DNA of 10,554 nucleotides from an uncultured bacterium (lineage in GTDB: Bacteria > Lernaellota > Lernaellaia > Lernaellales > Lernaellaceae): assembly GCA_964534375.1 (NCBI GenBank), contig CAZHPN010000198.1, positions 1 through 10,554 of the forward strand, given 5' to 3'. This document shows positions 4,015 through 10,554 of this stretch, piece after piece; position 1 is the stretch's first letter, and every line of letters starts with the position of its first letter. Position numbers and translations under genes: made by a program. The notes below the pieces were generated by a model. It saw only the letters and a program-made list of their open reading frames with translations. It was not told where the DNA came from and made no database searches.

Positions 4015-6909
4015 GTGCGGCGGATCGTATTGGCCTTGGCGGTTTGGCTGGCGCTGGCGGGCGTCGCGCGGGCCGATCCGTTCAAGCCGAACGAAGATTT
4101 CAAGACGCTGAACACGGAGCACTTCCACATCACCTATCCGGCGGACCGGCGCTTCGAGGCGCAGAAGGCCGCGGTGCTGGCCGAAGAGGTGTTCGCGCTG
4201 CTGACCAAGCGCTACAAATGGACGCCGCACACGCCGATCGAGATGCTCCTCACCGACCGCACGGACTACGCGAACGCCAACACGAGCATCGCGCCGATGC
4301 AATTGATCAATGTCTACCTGGCGCAGCCCCACACGTCGGACCGGCTCGATTACTACGACGACTGGATCCGCATGCTCATCGTCCACGAGATGACGCACGC
4401 CGTGAACCTCGACGCGGTCAGCGGCTTGCCGCAACTCTGGCGGTGGGTGTTCGGGCGCGTGCTGCCGGTCGGCGACATCCAACCCCTCGGCCTCATCGAA
4501 GGCACGGCGACGCTGCAGGAATCGATGCTGACGACCAAAGGCCGCGTGCGCGACGTCAATTCGCTGATGCTGCTGCGCATGGCGGCGTTGGAAGACCGCT
4601 GGCCGGCGATCGACCGCACCACCGTGCCGCCGGCGATTTATCCGACCTGGTACGCGCCGTTCATTTGGGGCGCGATGTTCAACAAGTACCTGTACGACCA
4701 CTTCGGCATGGACGCGCTGGCCGACGCCAACCTGCTCCACGCCGGCGACGTCTGGCCGTTCCTGTTCAACCACAACGCCAACAAGGTGTACGGCTCGCAC
4801 CTGACCGATCTGTACGAGGCCTGGTCGGTCGATATGAAACGCTGGGCTGCGGCCGAAGGCGAGCGGCTCGCGGCCGCCGGCCTGACGCGCGCCGTCGCCG
4901 TCACCGACAACGGCTGGGACCACATCAACCCGCGCTGGGCGGATGAAAACACCCTGGTGTATTCCGAAAGCAACCGCGATCGCGGCGCGACGCTGCGCCG
5001 CCTCGACCTGCGCGGCAAAACGCCGAGCGACTGGCAGCTCACCGAGACCTTCGACGAAGCGCGGGGGCTCGACATCGCGCCCGACGGGGCGATCCTCTAC
5101 ACCGACACGCTGCCGAAAGACCCCTGGCGGTTTTTTTACGACCTCTACCGCTTCGAGCCCGGCGCCGTGCTGCCCCGCCGCCTGACGACCGACCTGCGCG
5201 TGACCGATCCGGCGATCATCCCCGGCACGAACCTCGCGCTGTGCATCACGCAAACCGGCGGGCGCTCGCGGCTGTCCGAAGTGAACATCCGAACCGGCGC
5301 GGTCCGCCACCTGACGAAGCTCGATCAGTACGGCGGCTACATCCAGATGAGCGGCCTCGCGGTCCATCCCAGCGGCACGTGGGCCGCGGTCAGCATCTGG
5401 CACGACGACGGCAACCGCGACCTCTTCAAGTTCGACCTGGCGACGGGGAAGTTCACGCGGCTGACCGCCGATCCCGAGCGCGACTTCGACCCGGCGTTCG
5501 ACCCGAGCGGGCGCTACCTGGTGTTTTCGTCGGCGCGCACCGGCATCTTCAACATCTATGCGCTGGACCTGGAGACGGACGAACTCTTTCGCGTCACCAA
5601 CGTGCTGGGCGGCGCGTTCATGCCGGCGGTCAGCCCGTCGGGCAGGCGGCTGGCGTTCGTCGGCTATCGTTCGACCGGCTACGACATTTACCTCATGGAT
5701 TTCCGGCGCGAAAACTGGGTGCAGGTTCCGCGCGAGACGATCGACAACCCCGGCATCGTCATCGGCCCGATCTCGCGGTCGATCGACGATCGCGCGCGCC
5801 TGATCGACCCGCCGACCGACGATTACGATTCGGCGCAAAACGCCTGGCCGCATTACTGGTTCCCGGATTGGTCGCCCACGTTCATCATCGGCGGCAGCGA
5901 CATCCTGCTCGGCGCGGAAACCGCCGGCTTCGACGTCGCCCAGCGCCACGCGTGGGATACGCATTTCTTATGGGCCTTCAAACGGCGGTTCCCTTACGCC
6001 GACGCCGAATACACGTACGAGCGCTATAACCCGTCGGTCAACATCGCCGTCGCCCACGTCGCGGAAAATCACGGGCCGGTGCTGACCAAGCCGAACGGGC
6101 AACCGTTCGATTACTGGGAACGGCGGCTCGGCGCCGATCTGACCGCCGACTACGCGATCCTCTGGCGCCACGAAGTGTACGCCGGCTACACCGGGGAGTG
6201 GCGGTCGGATCTCGATCGCCTGCCGGCGGGGACGCGTCCGCCGCCGCTGGTCGGTTATTGGTCGGGCGCGCGGATCGGCTGGCGCTACGCCGCGAACGAC
6301 GTGCTCGATCGCCGCGTGGTCTTTCCGGCGTCGCTCGGCGCGACCTTCTACGATCCCGCGTTCGGCAGCGTCGTGCGGCAGCAGCTCGTCGGCGGGACCG
6401 CCGAGGCGTACGTGCCCCTGCCCGTCTACCGCGGCAGCTTCATCGCCAGCGCCGCCGGCGGCGTGAGTTTCGGCCGGCAGTTGCCGCAGCGGACGTTCTT
6501 TCTGGGCGGCACGACGCAGGCGGATCCCGTCCTGCTGAATTTCGCCAACGACCAATTCGCGATGCCGGGCTACAACTCGGGCATCGCCTACGGCGACGCC
6601 GCAGCGACGGGCACGGTCGCGTTCAATTTCCCGATCGTGGAAATCGAACGCGGCCTCTGGACGTGGCCGATCTACTTCCGCGACTTTTACGGCCAGGCGT
6701 TCGCCGACGGCGGTTTCGCGATCGACCGCGGCCAGAAGCTGACGCGCGACGACCTCTTTCCCGACGCCGGTTTGACGATTACCATGGCCTTCGTGCTGGG
6801 CTATAGTCTCGAATCCACGATCTCCGGAACCTTCGCGTACGGCTTGCGCGATCTGGACAATATGGGAGGCCCCCATTGGCTCGTAAATCTAGGCGGACTG
6901 CTCCCGTAG
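4015..6909 (+). CDS. Secreted/outer-membrane protein: peptidase MA-like (HExxH) domain + TolB/PD40 beta-propeller + BamA/TamA(Omp85)-like C-terminal barrel, 964 aa
   Basis: GTG 4015 follows GAGG (4005-4008). Sec signal MRRIVLALAVWLALAGVARA. HEMTH at 4384-4398 with a downstream LIEG Glu as likely third Zn ligand. PD40-like repeats (DPAFDPSGRYLVFSSARTGIFNIY, PAVSPSGRRLAFVGY). Aromatic beta-strand-rich C-terminus (FPIVEIERG...FYGQAFADGG). Confidence 0.85.
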   Translation: MRRIVLALAVWLALAGVARADPFKPNEDFKTLNTEHFHITYPADRRFEAQKAAVLAEEVFALLTKRYKWTPHTPIEMLLTDRTDYANANTSIAPMQLINVYLAQPHTSDRLDYYDDWIRMLIVHEMTHAVNLDAVSGLPQLWRWVFGRVLPVGDIQPLGLIEGTATLQESMLTTKGRVRDVNSLMLLRMAALEDRWPAIDRTTVPPAIYPTWYAPFIWGAMFNKYLYDHFGMDALADANLLHAGDVWPFLFNHNANKVYGSHLTDLYEAWSVDMKRWAAAEGERLAAAGLTRAVAVTDNGWDHINPRWADENTLVYSESNRDRGATLRRLDLRGKTPSDWQLTETFDEARGLDIAPDGAILYTDTLPKDPWRFFYDLYRFEPGAVLPRRLTTDLRVTDPAIIPGTNLALCITQTGGRSRLSEVNIRTGAVRHLTKLDQYGGYIQMSGLAVHPSGTWAAVSIWHDDGNRDLFKFDLATGKFTRLTADPERDFDPAFDPSGRYLVFSSARTGIFNIYALDLETDELFRVTNVLGGAFMPAVSPSGRRLAFVGYRSTGYDIYLMDFRRENWVQVPRETIDNPGIVIGPISRSIDDRARLIDPPTDDYDSAQNAWPHYWFPDWSPTFIIGGSDILLGAETAGFDVAQRHAWDTHFLWAFKRRFPYADAEYTYERYNPSVNIAVAHVAENHGPVLTKPNGQPFDYWERRLGADLTADYAILWRHEVYAGYTGEWRSDLDRLPAGTRPPPLVGYWSGARIGWRYAANDVLDRRVVFPASLGATFYDPAFGSVVRQQLVGGTAEAYVPLPVYRGSFIASAAGGVSFGRQLPQRTFFLGGTTQADPVLLNFANDQFAMPGYNSGIAYGDAAATGTVAFNFPIVEIERGLWTWPIYFRDFYGQAFADGGFAIDRGQKLTRDDLFPDAGLTITMAFVLGYSLESTISGTFAYGLRDLDNMGGPHWLVNLGGLLP

Positions 6910-8840
6910 GCCCCGGGCCCGCGCGGCCCGCAACGCCGGCTGCGCCGGCCGCGCCGGCCGCGCCGGCCGCCGGCGGCGGGCAAAAGAAAACGCCCTACGT
7001 GCGGCCCTCGCGACCGCCGCGCAATCGGCGCCTGTGGTTCTGGCTGCAAATCGCCGGCGTCGCCGCGGCGTGCGTGGCGCTGTTCGTCGTGGTCGTGCTG
7101 CCGCTCGTCACCCCGATGATCTTCGATGGGGCCGGCGACCCGCACCTGCCGCCGCTGCTCGACGCCGCCGCCGCCGCCGCGCTGATCCAGTCGGCGCGCG
7201 CCCAGTTGCGCGGCGAATCGCCGCCCGCCGCGGCGGCCGGCGGCTCCGCCGCCGTCATCGGCGCGGTCGTGGCGATCTACAACGAAGACGGCCCGCGCGC
7301 CGCCGCCGGCTGTTTCGGGACCGACGCCCGCCAGGCCGTCGCCTGCGCCGCCGGCAAGCTGCGTCCGGGCGCGGCCAATTTCGGCGAGGCGCCGACCGAC
7401 CTGGTCTCGCTTCACCTGCTGCGCGAATTGCGTCCGGCGACGCCGCTGTGGTTGCGCGACCGCGGGTGGGGCCACAGCCGCGGGCTGTACTCGACGTTGC
7501 TCGCCGGCGACGAGGGCGCGCGGCTGCTGACCGACGTGCAAATGCACGTGGGCAGCTACAACGTCTCGCGCGCGCTGGAGGCGCTGGAGCACGAGCGCGG
7601 CGTGAAGATGTCCGGCGAGGCCCCAAAGGAGGGGCGGTTCCTGATCCCGACCGAGTCGTGGACGGAATACGAGGGCAAGCCCGTGGCGCTCTACCGCGCC
7701 TCGACGATCCTGCCGCCGCCCGACGGCAAGCAGATTGTCGAATATTGCAAACTCGCCGGCGACTACCTGGCGAAGATTCAGCAGGACGACAACAAGTGGC
7801 TCTACGAGGGCGACGTCGGCCGCGATCGCTACGGCAAGACCTACAACACGCTGCGCCACGCCGGCACGGTGTACGCGCTTTATCAATTGTACGAGGTCAC
7901 CGGCGTCGCCCGTTACAAGGATACGGCCGACCGCGGCTGGGCCTGGCTGCTCGAACAGATCGAACGCGAGAACGACGAGGCCGGCGCGCCCTGCGCGTTC
8001 GTCGTCGAGCGGCACACCGCCGAATCCGGCGGCAAGCGCCGCACGACCTATACGGTCAAGCTCGGCGGCACGGGCCTGACGCTGCTGGCGCTCGCGGAGC
8101 GGCTGAAGGTCGCGCCGAACGACGCGGACCTCGCGCTCGGCAAGGCGCTGGCCAACCATATCCTGCGCAGCCAGAATCCGGACGGCTCGTTCCAGGACTA
8201 CTGGGCGTACAAGACCGCCCACGCCAAGGAGCGGCGGTCGGAATATTACCCCGGCGAGGCGATGCTCGGCCTGATCCGTTTCTACGGCATCGATCCCGAC
8301 CCGCGGTATCTCGCGGCGATGGAGCGCGGCGCGCACTACGCGATCCACGACCACTACACGATTCTGGGCGAGCAGTTTTACGTTCCCCTTGACGCCTGGT
8401 TTTCCGTGGCGCTGGGCGAGCTGCACAAGGTGCAGCCGAAAAAGGAATACGCCGATTATTGCCTGATGCTCACGGACATGGAGCTCAACGACCAGATGGC
8501 CGCCAAGTGGCAGATCTTTTATCCGGATTACGACGGCGGCTATTGGCCCTACCCGCCCGGCGGGACGCCCGCGGGCTCGCGCGCCGAGGGCATCACGGCG
8601 TGCTGCGAGGCCGCGCAGCGGGCCGGCTACGACGTCCGCGAGTTGAAAGAGCGCATCCGCAAGTCGGCGCGCTTCCAGCTCGAACGGATGGTGCGGCCCG
8701 AATTCGCGCACCTTTATCCCAATTCGCGGCGGGCGCTCGGCGCCATCCGCAGCACGCCGGTCGGGAACGTCGTGCGCATCGACGCCAACCAGCACAACAT
8801 TTCGAGTCTGCTCGTCGCGGCGCGGATTCTGGGCGATTGA
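6876..8840 (+). CDS. Membrane-anchored protein with a C-terminal alpha/alpha-toroid-like enzyme domain (six-hairpin glycosidase / prenyltransferase-repeat-like), function unknown, 654 aa
   Basis: TTG 6876 lies 6 nt after GGAGG (6865-6869) and overlaps the upstream gene by 34 nt. Basic, Pro/Ala-rich N-tail, one TM helix (LWFWLQIAGVAAACVALFVVVVLPLV), helical repeats, a QW-like QNPDGSF motif (8172-8192), and the motifs YNTLRHAG, KLGGTGL, YYPGEA, RIDANQH. High GC3 codon usage. Confidence 0.8.
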   Translation: MARKSRRTAPVGPGPARPATPAAPAAPAAPAAGGGQKKTPYVRPSRPPRNRRLWFWLQIAGVAAACVALFVVVVLPLVTPMIFDGAGDPHLPPLLDAAAAAALIQSARAQLRGESPPAAAAGGSAAVIGAVVAIYNEDGPRAAAGCFGTDARQAVACAAGKLRPGAANFGEAPTDLVSLHLLRELRPATPLWLRDRGWGHSRGLYSTLLAGDEGARLLTDVQMHVGSYNVSRALEALEHERGVKMSGEAPKEGRFLIPTESWTEYEGKPVALYRASTILPPPDGKQIVEYCKLAGDYLAKIQQDDNKWLYEGDVGRDRYGKTYNTLRHAGTVYALYQLYEVTGVARYKDTADRGWAWLLEQIERENDEAGAPCAFVVERHTAESGGKRRTTYTVKLGGTGLTLLALAERLKVAPNDADLALGKALANHILRSQNPDGSFQDYWAYKTAHAKERRSEYYPGEAMLGLIRFYGIDPDPRYLAAMERGAHYAIHDHYTILGEQFYVPLDAWFSVALGELHKVQPKKEYADYCLMLTDMELNDQMAAKWQIFYPDYDGGYWPYPPGGTPAGSRAEGITACCEAAQRAGYDVRELKERIRKSARFQLERMVRPEFAHLYPNSRRALGAIRSTPVGNVVRIDANQHNISSLLVAARILGD

Positions 8841-8843
8841 CAG

Positions 8844-8862
8844 CACAGCGCGGCGGCGCAAC
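8844..8862 (+). repeat. Degenerate (loop-deleted) copy of the REP-like hairpin motif
   Basis: CACAGCGCGGCGGCGCAAC versus CTTAGCGCGGCCTTCGGCCGCAAC; it lies 7 nt before the GTTACGA array. Confidence 0.4.
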
Positions 8863-8869
8863 GGCGCCC

Positions 8870-8924
8870 GTTACGAGTTACGCGTACGAGTTACGAATTA
8901 CGAATTACGAGTTACGAGTTACGG
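8870..8924 (+). repeat. 7-bp tandem array (RTTACGA)x8
   Basis: GTTACGA GTTACGC GTACGA GTTACGA ATTACGA ATTACGA GTTACGA GTTACGG. Confidence 0.95.
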
Positions 8925-9055
8925 ACCAGCAGAGCCTCTTGCACAAACACGCGTCGGATTTCGGCTGTTTGATTTTCTCGGCGTTCGCGGGGGCGGGCTC
9001 TCCGCGTGAACGACTTGTGACGGGGTGGGATCGCCGCCGCAATGGGTGCGGCCAC

Positions 9056-9100
9056 TCGTCACTCGTCACTCGTAACTCGTAATTCGTAACTCGTAACTCG
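9056..9100 (-). repeat. 7-bp tandem array (TCGTAAC)x6, inverted partner of 8870-8924
   Basis: TCGTCAC TCGTCAC TCGTAAC TCGTAAT TCGTAAC TCGTAAC TCG, the reverse complement of GTTACGA-type units. Confidence 0.95.
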
Positions 9101-9113
9101 CCCCTCCGCCGCC

Positions 9114-9548
9114 TTAGCGGCCTTTTGCCATTTCGCCGCGCAAGGTCATGCAGGTGCTCGTCGCGCGCGCGACGAGCGAGCCGCCGGCGTCGTGCACGTC
9201 GCATTCGACCAGGCCGATCGTCTTGCCGCCTTTGACGACCCTGGCGGACGCGATCAGCGGGCCCGCCCAAATCGGCTTGAGGTAATTGATTTTCAATTCG
9301 AGCGTCGCGAACGACTCGCCCACTTCCAGCGTGCTCACGTACGCCGCGCCCATCGCCAAATCGGCCAGATCGCAAAAAATGCCGCCGTGCAGCATGCCGA
9401 GCGGGTTCGCCATCGTCGGCTGCGCTTCCATCTCGAAAACCGTGCGGCCGACGTCGATCTCGCGCGCGACGATGCCGAGCAGTTTCGCGATCGGCGGCCT
9501 GGTTTCGTCGGTCCACGGCTGGCTGCGCATCAGATCGAACATTTTCAT
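9114..9548 (-). CDS. PaaI-family (hotdog-fold) acyl-CoA thioesterase, 144 aa
   Basis: Motifs NPLGMLHGGIFCDLAD and TLELKINYLKP. RBS GGAGG lies just upstream of the ATG on the minus strand (CGGAGGAACC-ATG). Confidence 0.93.
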   Translation of the reverse strand: MKMFDLMRSQPWTDETRPPIAKLLGIVAREIDVGRTVFEMEAQPTMANPLGMLHGGIFCDLADLAMGAAYVSTLEVGESFATLELKINYLKPIWAGPLIASARVVKGGKTIGLVECDVHDAGGSLVARATSTCMTLRGEMAKGR

Positions 9549-9653
9549 GGTTCCTCCGAGCGAAAACGGTTCGCGAGCGTTTCCTATTTGTCTAACCGCA
9601 ATATGAGCATTAATTTGTGCTTGTCATTCGAACCCGAAACGGAGCACACGCCG

Positions 9654-10490
9654 ATGAACGACTCGCCGACGCTGCATGGCAAAACCCTTTTCATCACCGG
9701 CGCCTCGCGCGGCATCGGCAAGGCGATCGCGTTGCGCGCCGCCCGCGACGGCGCGAACATCGCCATCGCCGCGAAAACCGCCGAACCGCATGCGAAGCTG
9801 CCGGGCACGATCTACACGGCGGCGGAAGAAATCGAGGCGGCGGGCGGCCGGGCGCTGCCGTTGCGCGTCGACATTCGCGACGAGGACGCCGTGCGCGCCG
9901 CCGTCGCGCAGACGGTCGAGCGCTTCGGCGGCATCGACATCCTGGTGAACAACGCCTCGGCGATCAGCCTGACCGGCACGCTGGCGACGCCGATGAAGCG
10001 CTTCGATCTGCTGTTCGCCGTCAACGTGCGCGGCACGTACCTGTGTTCGCAGGCGTGCATCCCGCACCTGCAGAAGGCGGCGAACCCGCACATCCTGACG
10101 CTCTCCCCGCCGCTGAACATGAAGCCGCGCTGGTTCAAGGACCACGTCGCCTACACCATGTCGAAATACGGCATGAGCATGACGGTGCTCGGCCTGAGCG
10201 AGGAATTTCGCGGCGACGGCATTGCGGTCAACGCCTTGTGGCCGCGCTCGCTCATCGACACCGCCGCGATGACGATTTTCTTCGGCGACGCCAAGTGCGA
10301 GGTCTGTCACAAGGCCGAAATGGTCGGCGACGCCGCGCACCTCGTGCTGAATCGGCCGAGCCGCGCCTGCACCGGCAACTTTTTCCTGGTCGAAGACGTG
10401 CTGGCGGCGGCCGGCGTCCGCGATCTCGGCGGCTACGCGGTCGACCCGGCCAACGCCCACGCCGTGACGGATCTGTTCGTCGACGACTGA
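9654..10490 (+). CDS. NAD(P)-dependent short-chain dehydrogenase/reductase, HSDL2-like, 278 aa
   Basis: TGASRGIG Rossmann motif, AAKTAEPHAKLPGTIYTAAEEI signature, NNAS and catalytic YTMSK. GGAG (9641-9644) precedes ATG 9654. The track's 9192 start overlaps the thioesterase and is rejected. Confidence 0.95.
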   Translation: MNDSPTLHGKTLFITGASRGIGKAIALRAARDGANIAIAAKTAEPHAKLPGTIYTAAEEIEAAGGRALPLRVDIRDEDAVRAAVAQTVERFGGIDILVNNASAISLTGTLATPMKRFDLLFAVNVRGTYLCSQACIPHLQKAANPHILTLSPPLNMKPRWFKDHVAYTMSKYGMSMTVLGLSEEFRGDGIAVNALWPRSLIDTAAMTIFFGDAKCEVCHKAEMVGDAAHLVLNRPSRACTGNFFLVEDVLAAAGVRDLGGYAVDPANAHAVTDLFVDD

Positions 10491-10554
10491 CCGGCCGTGG
10501 GAGCGCCTTTCCAGGCGCGATTCGAAAGATCGCACCCGGAAGAGCCTGCCCCCG

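Noticed and set aside
3895..8861. Long antisense ORFs (689, 302 and 686 aa), also 2023-3288 and 9624-10535
   Set aside because: Typical stop-poor antisense shadows of high-GC3 genes, with no recognisable motifs.
8931..8947. AGAGCCTCTTGCACAAA as a possible IS end
   Set aside because: Only a vague resemblance from memory; there is no partner inverted end and no transposase in the window.
10503..10533. Terminator after the SDR gene
   Set aside because: Small hairpins (GCGCCT-TTCC-AGGCGC) are present, but there is no U-tract and the window ends shortly after.

Overview
GC-rich bacterial DNA, probably from a diderm (it encodes lipoproteins and an Omp85-like barrel), with six credible genes. (1, 2) Two tandem paralogous lipoproteins (779-2035, 2056-3186), each with a signal peptide ending at Cys24, an identical GCAAGKGTTNNNYYITDDD segment, a poly-Asp linker and a 7-repeat VWGSS..DVFAVG beta-propeller. 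(3) A secreted HExxH peptidase-like + TolB/PD40 propeller + BamA/TamA-like barrel protein (4015-6909). (4) An overlapping membrane-anchored alpha-helical toroid-like enzyme of unknown function (6876-8840). (5) A PaaI-family thioesterase (minus strand), divergent from (6) an HSDL2-like SDR. The most unusual feature is the non-coding DNA. Three intergenic regions (1-778, 3187-4014, 8841-9113) are built from a recurrent short hairpin motif (CTTAGCGCG-C...GCCGCAACCAAA) whose same end faces 7- or 9-bp tandem arrays of different sequence. The 828-bp gap also holds nested inverted repeats and two same-sized hairpin cassettes. No transposase, reverse transcriptase, CRISPR array or structural RNA gene is visible. 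All family assignments come from reading motifs by eye, not from database searches.
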